64,000 nt of DNA from an uncultured Acidobacteriota bacterium (GTDB lineage Bacteria; Acidobacteriota; Thermoanaerobaculia; Gp7-AA8): NCBI GenBank assembly GCA_963822445.1, contig CAWGHO010000001.1:1518226-1582225 (forward strand). Reading direction: 5' to 3'. The position numbers and the translations under genes are program-made. Numbering within the stretch: the stretch's first letter is position 1; each line of letters begins with the position of its first letter. The notes below the pieces were generated by a model. The model was not told where the DNA came from and ran no database searches. It worked only from the letters and a program-made list of their open reading frames with translations. Of this stretch, positions 9,999 to 19,179 are shown in pieces.

Positions 9999-11354
9999 AT
10001 GTCTCTCCCTTCAATCACCGATCGCCGGATCCATGTCCAGCCCGCCGAAGTCCATAACGTGCTGTCGCGGCACATGCTCGCCGACGGCTACGACATCGTC
10101 ATGGACCTCAGGAAGTCGCGCGGCTCGTGGGTCTTCGACTCCCGCCGCGGCCGCAAGGTGCTCGACTTCTTCACCAACTTCGCATCCGTGCCCATCGGCT
10201 ACAACCATCCCAAGATGGACACGCCGGAGTTCCGCGAGCGGATCGCCGACGCGGCCATCAACAAGCCGGCGAATTCGGACATCTACACGACCTACATGGC
10301 GGAGTTCGTCGAGACCTTCGCGCGCCTGGCCGTGCCGCCGTCGCTCAACAAGCATCTCTTCTTCATCGAAGGCGGATCTCTGGGCATCGAGAACGCCGTG
10401 AAGACCGCGTTCGACTGGAAGATCCGCAAGAACTTCAAGCGGGGATCGCAGAGCGAGAAGGGCACGCAGATCATGCATCTGCGCGAGGCCTTCCACGGCC
10501 GCACCGGCTACACGCTTTCGCTGACGAACACCGCCGATCCGCGCAAGACGCAGTACTTCCCGAAATTCGACTGGCCGCGCGTCGACAACCCGAAGATTGA
10601 GTTCCCGCTGACCGAAGAGTCGATGGCCGATGTCATCCGCCGAGAGAAGGCCGCCCTCGAGCAGGCGAAGCAGTTCCTGCATGACCGCAAGGACGACGTC
10701 GCGGCATTCATCATGGAGCCCATCCAGGGCGAGGGCGGCGACAACCATTTCCGCCCAGAGTTCTTCCGGGCCATCCGCCAGCTCTGCGACGAGAACGAGA
10801 TGCTGCTGATCTTCGACGAAGTGCAGTCGGGCGTCGGCCTCACCGGCAAGATGTGGTCGTTCCAGCACTACGGCGTCGAGCCCGATCTGTTCTGCTTCGG
10901 CAAGAAGACCCAGGTCTGCGGCTTCGCGTCGAACGATCGCATCTTCGATCTCGCCGAGAACGTCTTCACGGTCTCGTCGCGCATCAACTCGACCTGGGGC
11001 GGAAACCTGACGGACATGGTCCGCTCGCAGCGCTACTTCGAGATCATCGACGAGGAGAACCTCGTGGAGAACGCCGCGAAAGTCGGCGCGTACTTCATCG
11101 GAGAGCTGGAGCGCTTCCAGAGCGAGTTCCCGAACCTCGTCTCCAACGTGCGCGGCCGCGGCCTCATGGCCGCGTTCGACCTGCCGTCCGGCGAAATTCG
11201 CGACGCCGCACTCAAAGCGTTCATGGCCCAGGACGTCATGGTGCTGTCGTCCGGACACCGCTCCGCGCGATTCCGCCCGCCGCTCAATCTCTCGATGGAT
11301 GAAGCGGCGGAGGGATTGCGGCGGATGGAGAAGGCGCTGAAGGAACTGGCGTAG
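9999..11354 (+). CDS. lat: L-lysine 6-transaminase (class III PLP aminotransferase)
   Basis: NKPANSDIY, AFHGRTGYTLSLTNT, EPIQGEGGDNHF, DEVQSG, FGKKTQVCG, SRINSTWGG; SD caggag. Confidence 0.92.
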   Translation: MSLPSITDRRIHVQPAEVHNVLSRHMLADGYDIVMDLRKSRGSWVFDSRRGRKVLDFFTNFASVPIGYNHPKMDTPEFRERIADAAINKPANSDIYTTYMAEFVETFARLAVPPSLNKHLFFIEGGSLGIENAVKTAFDWKIRKNFKRGSQSEKGTQIMHLREAFHGRTGYTLSLTNTADPRKTQYFPKFDWPRVDNPKIEFPLTEESMADVIRREKAALEQAKQFLHDRKDDVAAFIMEPIQGEGGDNHFRPEFFRAIRQLCDENEMLLIFDEVQSGVGLTGKMWSFQHYGVEPDLFCFGKKTQVCGFASNDRIFDLAENVFTVSSRINSTWGGNLTDMVRSQRYFEIIDEENLVENAAKVGAYFIGELERFQSEFPNLVSNVRGRGLMAAFDLPSGEIRDAALKAFMAQDVMVLSSGHRSARFRPPLNLSMDEAAEGLRRMEKALKELA

Positions 11355-11375
11355 CCGAGGCGTACAATTTCGCGT

Positions 11376-11603
11376 ATGAACGCGCGAATTGAGATCGACC
11401 CGGCCATTCAGCATGGAAGACCGGTGATCAAAGGGACGCGGGTACCCGTGGTGCGGATCCTGGGCTGTATCCAGGAAGGGATGACGGTCGAGCAGGCCGC
11501 CGCCGAATACGGCGTGAGCGTGGAGGATGCCCGCGCTGCGGTCGACTACGCCGCGGAGCTGGTGGAACAGGCGCAGCAGCGGCCCGTCGCGACGCACGGC
11601 TGA
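11376..11603 (+). CDS. DUF433-family antitoxin
   Basis: IDPAIQHGRPVIKGTRVPV...EDARAAVDYAA. Confidence 0.9.
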   Translation: MNARIEIDPAIQHGRPVIKGTRVPVVRILGCIQEGMTVEQAAAEYGVSVEDARAAVDYAAELVEQAQQRPVATHG

Positions 11604-11605
11604 TC

Positions 11606-11965
11606 GTGCAGTTTCTGATCGACGCCGACCTGTCGCCTCGTCTGGCAGCGATCTTCGCGGAACACGGCCATGACGCGATCCATGTCGAAACGGTCTTTCC
11701 TCCGCGGACACCTGACGCGGCGATCGGGACCTATGCACGCGATCACGGTTACTGCCTCGTAACCGGCGACTACGACTTCTCGGACGTCCGCGAGTTCGCA
11801 CCGCAGCGATTCCCTGGCATTGTCGTGCTTACGCTCCCGCGGAATGCCGGTCCCGAATTCATCGCAAGTCTCGTTCGCGAATTTCTCACGCGCCTTCCAG
11901 ATCTTGGCCCCCTCCGTGGCAAACTGCTGATCGTCGAGCGCGGCCGCATCCGCATCCGGGAGTGA
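11606..11965 (+). CDS. DUF5615-family PIN-domain toxin
   Basis: FLIDADLS, HDAIHV, LVTGDYDF; lies directly after the DUF433 gene. Confidence 0.88.
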   Translation: MQFLIDADLSPRLAAIFAEHGHDAIHVETVFPPRTPDAAIGTYARDHGYCLVTGDYDFSDVREFAPQRFPGIVVLTLPRNAGPEFIASLVREFLTRLPDLGPLRGKLLIVERGRIRIRE

Positions 11966-11969
11966 CCTT

Positions 11970-12497
11970 GTGATTGCCACCCTCCTCGTCATCCTCTCCA
12001 TCACCTCCACCCCACCACCCGAAGACGTGGTGAGGCGCTTCAGCGAGGTGTACGTCAGGCAAACCGAGCACGTAGGTCTGCTGCAGAGCCGCGGGTCGCG
12101 CGTCCTCGAATGCTACCTCAGCAAGCGCTTGCGGCGGGCGATCGCCGATCTGCGGGCATGCCAGAAGGACTGGCATCGGCAGCAGCCGAAGGGATCGACC
12201 GACAAGCCGCCGTACGTTGATTGCTGTCTGTTCTCAGGTCTCCCTGACGGTCCGCCCGACGGCTTCACTCTCGGTCCGAGCGAGACGCTTCCGGACGGAC
12301 GGGTCAAGGTCTTCGTCGATTTCACACTGAAGGATCGAGACACCGTCCTTCGCTGGCGCGACGCCTACATCGTTGCCAGAGCGGGGAATCGTTGGGTGAT
12401 CGACGATTTCATAGGTGTCGTCGATGGCGACCGCCCGAACCACATTCCGCTCACCGCCGCTTACACGAACTGCCGCGGCGGCAAATGGGTCGAGTGA
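11970..12497 (+). CDS. Exported protein, DUF3828/YbjP-like
   Basis: Hydrophobic N-terminus; PEDVVRRF, YLSKRL, DCCLFSG, WVIDDF. Confidence 0.6.
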   Translation: MIATLLVILSITSTPPPEDVVRRFSEVYVRQTEHVGLLQSRGSRVLECYLSKRLRRAIADLRACQKDWHRQQPKGSTDKPPYVDCCLFSGLPDGPPDGFTLGPSETLPDGRVKVFVDFTLKDRDTVLRWRDAYIVARAGNRWVIDDFIGVVDGDRPNHIPLTAAYTNCRGGKWVE

Positions 12498-12507
12498 GAC
12501 GGCACGT

Positions 12508-13491
12508 TCACTCGGCGGCCGGAAGAGCCGCGGCGGCCGGCGCGCCTTCCCAATCGGAATGCGGCTTCCGATTCAGCACCAGCCAGCCCCACAACAGCTC
12601 GCCGTATCCGCGCGCCACGATGCCGCGTTTTTCGTAAAACGGCAGCAGCAGTTTCTGCAGGCGCGGCAGGTTGTAGAACGGGACGCTCGGGAAGTAGTGA
12701 TGCTCGAGGTGAAAGTTCGAGAAGAGGAACGTCGCATTCCAGAACCAGGAGCTCTTCACCAGCGTCGACCACTCCGCGGGATCGTTCGGGTTGATGTCGT
12801 AGTGCTGGCCGAGGCGGTTGAGGGCGAAGGCGATGGGGAAGATGAAGAAGACCGGAACGATGTAGAGCTTCCAGGCAATCGCCCACCCGCCAAGCCACGC
12901 CGCGAGTGCGAGGAGCGACAGGTGAAACACGATCGAGCCGAGGCGCTCGCGCGTGATCCGCGAGCGAAGCTCCGGTTCATACGTCGCTGTCTCTTTCGCC
13001 GCGGCGCGGAAGTAGATCGCGAACAGGGCCGGGGTGAAGTACAGCAGTTTGAGCCAGCGCGCGTTCCGCTTCGGCGAGAGCCAGTGGCGCTTCGGATCAT
13101 CGTCGTAAGAGCCGAGGTTCGCGTGATGGTCGAGGTGCCAGCGCGTGAATTGCGAGGAGGAGATGCCGCTGGGAACGGCGTACAGCAATCCGAGAAGCCG
13201 ATAGACGCGCTCGCTCGATCCGTTGATCACCGCGCGATGCACGACTTCGTGCAGGAGGACCGTTCCGTTGAAGACCGAGAAGCCGGCGATGACCGCGAAC
13301 GGCAGCCAGAGGTACCAGACCTCGAAGCGGATGATGGCGATCGCGCTCAGCACCAGCGCCGCGAAATTCGCCAGCGCGACCAACCCATGCAGCACAGGCC
13401 GCTTCTGATGCAGCTCCCGCAACGCCTCGGCCGGAATCTCGCGGGCGAGGTCACGTTTCAGCTGCTGCGCGTGGTCGGAGTAGTAGGCCAT
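12508..13491 (-). CDS. Membrane fatty acid desaturase family protein
   Basis: His boxes HEVVH, HLDHH, QH, HLEHH; start MAYYSDH. Confidence 0.9.
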   Translation of the reverse strand: MAYYSDHAQQLKRDLAREIPAEALRELHQKRPVLHGLVALANFAALVLSAIAIIRFEVWYLWLPFAVIAGFSVFNGTVLLHEVVHRAVINGSSERVYRLLGLLYAVPSGISSSQFTRWHLDHHANLGSYDDDPKRHWLSPKRNARWLKLLYFTPALFAIYFRAAAKETATYEPELRSRITRERLGSIVFHLSLLALAAWLGGWAIAWKLYIVPVFFIFPIAFALNRLGQHYDINPNDPAEWSTLVKSSWFWNATFLFSNFHLEHHYFPSVPFYNLPRLQKLLLPFYEKRGIVARGYGELLWGWLVLNRKPHSDWEGAPAAAALPAAE

Positions 13492-13502
13492 CGGGCGTGT
13501 GT

Positions 13503-14033
13503 ATGTTGAATCGAATCTACACGATCGGCCATTCCACGCGGAGCCTGGCAGAGCTCGCCGGATTGCTGCAGGAGCACGGCGTGACCCGTCTCGCGGACAT
13601 CCGCCGCTTCCCTGGCTCGCGACGCCATCCGCACTTTTCAAAAGAGTCGCTCGAGCAGAACCTCCCTCGCGCCGGCGTCGAATACATCCATTTCGAGGCC
13701 CTCGGCGGAAGGCGCCGGCCGCTCGCGAGATCGCGGAACATGGGCTGGGAGAGCGAGCAGTTCCGCGGCTACGCCGATCACATGCTCTCCGGCGACGTTC
13801 GCGAAGCGATCGGACGCTTGCTCGACAGCGAAAAGCCGACCGCGGTCATGTGCGCCGAGGCCGTTCCGTGGAATTGCCATCGGAACCTGCTGTCGGATGA
13901 CCTGGTGCGGCGCGGAATCGAAGTCATTCACATCACCGCGCCGGGGAAATCGCATGCGCACAAGATGAATGAGATGGCGCGGATCGAGGGCGATTGCGTC
14001 GTTTACCCGCCCGAACAGGGCAAGATGTTCTAA
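13503..14033 (+). CDS. DUF488-family protein
   Basis: IYTIGHSTR, DIRRFPGS, LGGRR, MCAEAVPWNCHR. Confidence 0.9.
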   Translation: MLNRIYTIGHSTRSLAELAGLLQEHGVTRLADIRRFPGSRRHPHFSKESLEQNLPRAGVEYIHFEALGGRRRPLARSRNMGWESEQFRGYADHMLSGDVREAIGRLLDSEKPTAVMCAEAVPWNCHRNLLSDDLVRRGIEVIHITAPGKSHAHKMNEMARIEGDCVVYPPEQGKMF

Positions 14034-14068
14034 GCGGCTATAATCGGCGGCTCAGCGAACATCCCAAT

Positions 14069-16078
14069 ATGTCAATCGCGGCCGAACAGCCGAGCGCCGG
14101 TGAACGGGACCTCGTCCTCGCCGTCGACGACAACGAGCAGAACCTGCAGTTGCTCGAAGAGTATCTGTGGAGCTGGGGCTACGACGTCGTGCTCGCGCGC
14201 GACGGCCGCGAAGCCGTGGAGCTCTACCCGCGCCACAACCCCTCGATCATCGTCCTCGACGTGATGATGCCGAACATGGACGGCTACGAGGCCTGCGGTC
14301 TGATCAAAGCCTCGCCGGGCGGCCGGACCATCCCCGTGCTCATGCTCACCGCGCTGACCGGGACCGACGACAAGATCCGCGCCCTCGAATCCGGCGCCGA
14401 CGACTTTCTCAACAAGCCCATCAATCGCGAAGAGTTGCGCACGCGCATTCGCTCGCTGATCAAGATCCGCAACCTACGCAAAGAGCTCGACTCGAGCGAG
14501 AACATCATCATGACGCTCACCAGCGCGCTGGAGAGCAAGGACCCGCGCACCATCGGTCACGTGCAGCGCGTCGCCTCCTACGCGGCGCGGCTCTGCGACA
14601 AGCTGGGCATGAACCGCGACGAGCGGGAGACGATCATCAAAGGCGCGCTGCTGCACGACGTCGGCATGATCGGCGTGCCTGACGAGCTGCTCACGGCGAC
14701 GTCGCTCGACGATGAAGAGCGCGGCCGCGTCGCCGAGCACGCGGTGATGGGAGCAGCGATCGTCGAGCCGATGATCACCTTCCGCCAGTTCGTGCCTATC
14801 GTCCGCTGGCATCACGAGCGCTGGGACGGCAAGGGCTACCCCGACGGCCTGCGCGGCGACGCCATTCCGCTCGAGGCCCAGGTGGTCGGCATCGCCAACC
14901 GCTTCGACGAGATCCATCACGAGAAGTCGCTCACGGAAACGGATGCGATGAAAGAGTTGATGGCTGAGGCTGAGGGCGGCGCGTTCAACGAACAGCTGGC
15001 GAAGGTGTTCGCCGCGTCGCTCGACGAAGAAACGCCGACGGCGGTGACGTCGATGCACATCCGCCCGCGGGCCGAACGCCGCGCGTGGGTGCTGTGCGTC
15101 GACGACAACCGGATGAACCGCGAGCTCGTCGCGGCGACTCTGGCCGAGGCGGGGATGCATACGGTTCTTGCTTCGAATGGACAGGAGGCGATGGACCTGC
15201 TCGAGCGCGAGCCGATCGACGTCGTGCTCCTCGACCTGCTCATGCCCGTGCAGGATGGAAACTCCACGCTCGTGGCGTTGCGCGCGGACTCGCGGTACGA
15301 GTTCCTGCCGGCGATCGTGCTGACGTCACACCGCGACAGCCGCCTGCGTCAGGAGGCGATCGTGGCCGGGGCGGACGACTTCATCAACTATCCGCTGAAC
15401 CGTCTGGAGCTGGTGACGCGCATTCATTCGCTGCTGCGGATCAAGGAGTACCACGCCGATCTCGAGCAAACGCAGAACGTGATCTGCGCGCTGGCGCTGG
15501 CGCTGGAAGCGAAGGACCGGTACACCCGCGGTCACTCCCAGCGCGTGGGCGATCTCGCCCGCAACTTCGCCCTGCACCTGGGCATGCCCGCGGCCATCGC
15601 CGAGCGGATCCGCACCGCGGGACTGCTTCACGACATCGGCAAGATTGCCGTGCCGGAGAAGCTGCTGAACAAGAACGGCCCGCTGACACGCGACGAGTTC
15701 ATGCGCGTGATCGATCACCCGGTCATCGGCGAGGAAATGGTCCGCCCGCTGGCGACGCTGAGCGAAGTGCTGCAGCTGATCCGCCACCATCACGAGCGCT
15801 ACGACGGCCGCGGGTATCCCGATGGATTGAAGGGCGACAAGATTCCGTACGAGGTGCGCGTGCTGTCGATCGTCGACGCCTACGACGCGCTGACCTCGCA
15901 CCGCTCCTACCGCCCCGCCCCCCTCACCCACGACGCCGCGATCGCCACTCTTCGCCGCGAAGCGACGGGCGGAAAGTGGGACCCGGAGATGGTGGAACGC
16001 TTCGCGGCGATGCTCGGCGCAACGCCACCGGTGTGGGAGCAGATTTTGAGGCCGGCGCCGGTGCTCAAGCTCGCGTAG
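14069..16078 (+). CDS. Response regulator / c-di-GMP phosphodiesterase with REC-HD-GYP-REC-HD-GYP architecture
   Basis: Two REC domains (VDD..LDVMMP, VDD..LDLLMP) and two HD-GYP domains (HHERWDGKGYP, HHERYDGRGYP). Confidence 0.92.
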   Translation: MSIAAEQPSAGERDLVLAVDDNEQNLQLLEEYLWSWGYDVVLARDGREAVELYPRHNPSIIVLDVMMPNMDGYEACGLIKASPGGRTIPVLMLTALTGTDDKIRALESGADDFLNKPINREELRTRIRSLIKIRNLRKELDSSENIIMTLTSALESKDPRTIGHVQRVASYAARLCDKLGMNRDERETIIKGALLHDVGMIGVPDELLTATSLDDEERGRVAEHAVMGAAIVEPMITFRQFVPIVRWHHERWDGKGYPDGLRGDAIPLEAQVVGIANRFDEIHHEKSLTETDAMKELMAEAEGGAFNEQLAKVFAASLDEETPTAVTSMHIRPRAERRAWVLCVDDNRMNRELVAATLAEAGMHTVLASNGQEAMDLLEREPIDVVLLDLLMPVQDGNSTLVALRADSRYEFLPAIVLTSHRDSRLRQEAIVAGADDFINYPLNRLELVTRIHSLLRIKEYHADLEQTQNVICALALALEAKDRYTRGHSQRVGDLARNFALHLGMPAAIAERIRTAGLLHDIGKIAVPEKLLNKNGPLTRDEFMRVIDHPVIGEEMVRPLATLSEVLQLIRHHHERYDGRGYPDGLKGDKIPYEVRVLSIVDAYDALTSHRSYRPAPLTHDAAIATLRREATGGKWDPEMVERFAAMLGATPPVWEQILRPAPVLKLA

Positions 16079-16087
16079 CGAGCTTCT

Positions 16088-16161
16088 CAGGGACGAGGTA
16101 CGAGGTACGAGTGGGTCTTGCGCTGATTTACTCGTCCCTCGTACCTCGTTGCTCGTCCCTG
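16088..16161. repeat. Inverted arrays of a 7-mer (ACGAGGT/ACGAGGG-like) between convergent genes
   Basis: cagggacgaggtacgaggtacgagt ... actcgtccctcgtacctcgttgctcgtccctg. Confidence 0.8.
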
Positions 16162-17174
16162 CGCGCGATGGCGCGAATCACATCAGCGATGGGAATCGCT
16201 TTTACACGGCCCACGTCGGTGGCGCGTAGCAACGAGTTGTAGATCGCTTCTTCCGTGGCTTCGATGACCGCCAGGAACAACGGTGACATGTCGTCGTTCT
16301 TCACCAGGCTCGTCGCGTTGCGGGCGGTGGAGAAGGCGATGGCGTAGTCGCCGCTGCCGTTCGAGCCGGCAGCGCCGGTGCGGGCCAGGCCAAGCATCGC
16401 TCGCGCGCCCATCCGCTTCAGGTTGCGGGCGTCGACCGGCGCGTCGGTGGCGATGACGATCATGATCGAGCCGTCGCCTTTATCCGGTGCGCGGCCCATC
16501 GGCGCGCCGGCGATGGTGAGTGAGCCGCCGAAGTTCGACTGCACCAGCACGCCCACCGTCCACCCGCCCGCCACCCTGCGCGAAGACGTGCCGATGCCGC
16601 CTTTCCAGCCGAAGGCGATGGTTCCCGTGCCTGCGCCGACACTTCCCTCGTCGACCGGGCCGTCCTTGGCGTTTCTGATCGCGGCGAAGACTTCCTCGCG
16701 GCCGACGTGGCGTCCGCGGATGTCGTTCAGCTGTCCGTCATTCGTCTCACCGACGACGACGTTGATCGAGCGCACCTGTTCGTTCCCGGGCAGAGCGAGC
16801 ATGTGATCGATCAGCGCATCGGCGACGCGGGGGACGTTCAGCGTCGAGGTCAGCGCGATCGGCGACTCGATCTCCCCCAGCTCCTCGATCTGCGTCGATC
16901 CCATCAGCTTCCCGAAGCCATTGCCGACGAACACTGCACCGGGGACCTTCTCGCGGAACAGATTCCCGCCGTGCGGAAGGATCACCGTCACGCCGGTGCG
17001 CACGGTCTCGCCGCGAATCACCGTGGTCTGGCCCACGCGAACGCCCGCGACGTCGGTGATCGCGTTCAGCGGTCCGGGCGGCAGGTTTCCGGGGGTGATG
17101 CCCAGGTCGCGGGCGCGCGGGCGGCCGGGGGCGACCGTGGCCAGGATGGTCAGCAGCAGAACCAGAGCGTGCAT
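16128..17174 (-). CDS. P1/S58-family aminopeptidase (DmpA-like), exported
   Basis: NAITDVAGVRVG, GNGFGKLMG, EGSVGAGTG, GSIMIVIATDAP, SGDYAIAFST. Confidence 0.92.
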   Translation of the reverse strand: MHALVLLLTILATVAPGRPRARDLGITPGNLPPGPLNAITDVAGVRVGQTTVIRGETVRTGVTVILPHGGNLFREKVPGAVFVGNGFGKLMGSTQIEELGEIESPIALTSTLNVPRVADALIDHMLALPGNEQVRSINVVVGETNDGQLNDIRGRHVGREEVFAAIRNAKDGPVDEGSVGAGTGTIAFGWKGGIGTSSRRVAGGWTVGVLVQSNFGGSLTIAGAPMGRAPDKGDGSIMIVIATDAPVDARNLKRMGARAMLGLARTGAAGSNGSGDYAIAFSTARNATSLVKNDDMSPLFLAVIEATEEAIYNSLLRATDVGRVKAIPIADVIRAIARRDEQRGTRDE

Positions 17175-17211
17175 GGACGCAATGCTATATTCGCGGCCCC
17201 AAACGCCCTCC

Positions 17212-18150
17212 ATGCTCGTCTTCACCGATCCTCTCCGGCAGACCGATCTCCCCCGCGGCTGCGTGGCGACGATCGGAAACTTCGACGGCATGCATGTCGG
17301 CCATCAGCAGATCGTCCGCGGCGTCGTGCAGCAGGCCCAGGACACCGGCCGCCCCTCCGCGGTGATCACTTTTCACCCGCATCCGCTCTCGGTCGTCGCA
17401 CCGGATCGCGTTCCGAAGCAAATCCTCACGCTCGCCCAGAAGGAAGAGCTGCTGCGCGAGATGGGCGTGGACGCGCTGCTGGTCGTCCCCTTCTCCCACG
17501 AGTTCTCGCGCTGGACGGCCGACCGTTTCATCGATGAGTTCCTCGTCGAAGCGCTGAACGTGAAGGAAGTGCGCATCGGCCGCGATTTCTGCTTCGGCGC
17601 GGGCCGCGAAGGGAACCTCGAGCTCCTCACTGCAGCCGGGAAGCGCCACGGCTTCGAAGTCCTCGGCCACGGCGACGTGAAAATCCGCGGCATCCGCGTG
17701 TCCAGCTCGATCGTCCGCGACGCCATCGCCAAAGGCGCCATGCACATCGTCAATCTCGCCCTCGGCCGCACCTACTTCATCGACGGCCGCGTCGCGACGG
17801 GCCGGAAGCTCGGACGGAAGATCGGCTTTCCGACGGTGAACATGGATCCTTACAACGAGCTTTTCCCCGGCGGCGGCGTGTTCGTCACTACGTCGCGCTT
17901 CGAGAGCTTCGACCGCTCGTTCGCCAGCGTGACCAACATCGGCGTGCGGCCGACGCTCTACGAAAATTACGCGACCACGATCGAGAGCCACATCCTCGAT
18001 TTCGACTCCAACGTCTACGGCGACACGGTGCGCCTCTACTTCCACGGACTGCTGCGCCGCGAGCAGCAGTTCCGCTCCGCGCTGGAACTGACGAACCAGA
18101 TCCGGCAGGACATCGAGCGCTCCCGCCGCTACTTCCTGCAGCATGGCTGA
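17212..18150 (+). CDS. ribF: Bifunctional riboflavin kinase / FAD synthetase
   Basis: TIGNFDGMHVGHQ, VSSSIVR, GRKIGFPTVN, NIGVRPT, ESHILDF. Confidence 0.96.
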   Translation: MLVFTDPLRQTDLPRGCVATIGNFDGMHVGHQQIVRGVVQQAQDTGRPSAVITFHPHPLSVVAPDRVPKQILTLAQKEELLREMGVDALLVVPFSHEFSRWTADRFIDEFLVEALNVKEVRIGRDFCFGAGREGNLELLTAAGKRHGFEVLGHGDVKIRGIRVSSSIVRDAIAKGAMHIVNLALGRTYFIDGRVATGRKLGRKIGFPTVNMDPYNELFPGGGVFVTTSRFESFDRSFASVTNIGVRPTLYENYATTIESHILDFDSNVYGDTVRLYFHGLLRREQQFRSALELTNQIRQDIERSRRYFLQHG

Positions 18151-19006
18151 TCCCGTCCTGGCTCTCGTGCTCATCGCGGCGTTCTTCCTCGCCGCCACCG
18201 TCGCGTACTTTTTCAAGACGCTGGAGAGCGATCTCTGGCGCGACGCGCAGATCCCGATCATCGCCGGAGTGGTCTGCGGCGTGATCATCCGCCTCGCGCC
18301 CCGCATCACGAATCAGCACGCGATCGTGGTCGGGGTGATCCTGACGCTCGCCGCGCTGTACGTCCGCCTCACCGGCCGGGAGAGTGAGCCCGCCGACGGT
18401 ATGACCCTCGGCGCAATGACCGGTGCGGCGGCAGCGATTCCGCTGGTCTTCGCCGGCGAGCGCGAGTTGCTCTCATTCGCCGAGTGCATCCTCGCCGGCG
18501 CCGTGGCCGGTTACGGGATCACGTTCGGCCTGACGCACGTCCGCGATCGGATGAAGCAAGCGCTGATCGACGCTTTCACCGCAGCGCTAGCCATCGCCGC
18601 CGCGGCAGCACCGTCGTTTTTCGCCGGCCGCATTTCGGATCGCAACATCGCCATCGCCGCCGCAGCCATCGTCCCCGTGCTGATCGTCGCCGCGGTCTTC
18701 AAGCAATGGCCGACAGTCCGCGGCGAGCTCCGCCACGAAGCCGCCCTCGGCGTGATCGACAACGAGGACGTCCGCCCCACCGCCCACCCTTTCCTCCGCC
18801 TCGGCCGCGCAGGCTGGCACGACGCCCGCGCGCACCGCCAATTCGTCCGCATCGCCAACAAAATCGCGCTCCGCAAACGGCAACAGCGAGGGCGTTCGGA
18901 GGATGTGGCCCGCCTCTACCAGCTGGAAGTGATCAAGCTGCGGATGGAGCTGCAGGAGATGACGCGGATCGATCGCGCTATGCGTGCTCACTCCAATGGA
19001 CTCTAA
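18143..19006 (+). CDS. Multi-pass membrane protein with a possible remote PrsW-like resemblance
   Basis: About 7 TM segments; EPADGMTLGAMTG and ELRHEAALGVI resemble PrsW-family segments, but no EExxK motif is seen. Confidence 0.6.
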   Translation: MADPVLALVLIAAFFLAATVAYFFKTLESDLWRDAQIPIIAGVVCGVIIRLAPRITNQHAIVVGVILTLAALYVRLTGRESEPADGMTLGAMTGAAAAIPLVFAGERELLSFAECILAGAVAGYGITFGLTHVRDRMKQALIDAFTAALAIAAAAAPSFFAGRISDRNIAIAAAAIVPVLIVAAVFKQWPTVRGELRHEAALGVIDNEDVRPTAHPFLRLGRAGWHDARAHRQFVRIANKIALRKRQQRGRSEDVARLYQLEVIKLRMELQEMTRIDRAMRAHSNGL

Positions 19007-19009
19007 CTT

Positions 19010-19148
19010 CATCCTTCGGCGCGCAGCGCCGGAGGATCAACGGTTACACCGGGTCCATGTGGCCGAACGTGCAGCGTCTCTGGCTCCGGCTGCCGCGGTG
19101 TAACCGTTGATCCTCCGCGCCCCCGCACCCCCGCCCGCGCGAAGGATG
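19010..19148. repeat. REP/REPIN-like palindromic element
   Basis: 22-bp perfect inverted repeat cggaggatcaacggttacaccg (19030-19051 / 19096-19117) nested inside catccttcg / cgaaggatg ends. Confidence 0.85.
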
Positions 19149-19179
19149 GAGTGCGAGTCCACTACAATGCGCCCAGCCA

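Noticed and set aside
10011-11801. Long antisense or alternate-frame ORFs (this one and many others, e.g. 23052..24695, 40732..42639)
   Set aside because: Arg/Pro/Ala-rich shadow ORFs expected at high GC, overlapping well-supported genes.
7990-13491. HAD + thiolase + lat + desaturase as a biosynthetic gene cluster
   Set aside because: Mixed orientations, separate promoters and no scaffold enzyme (NRPS, PKS or ACP).
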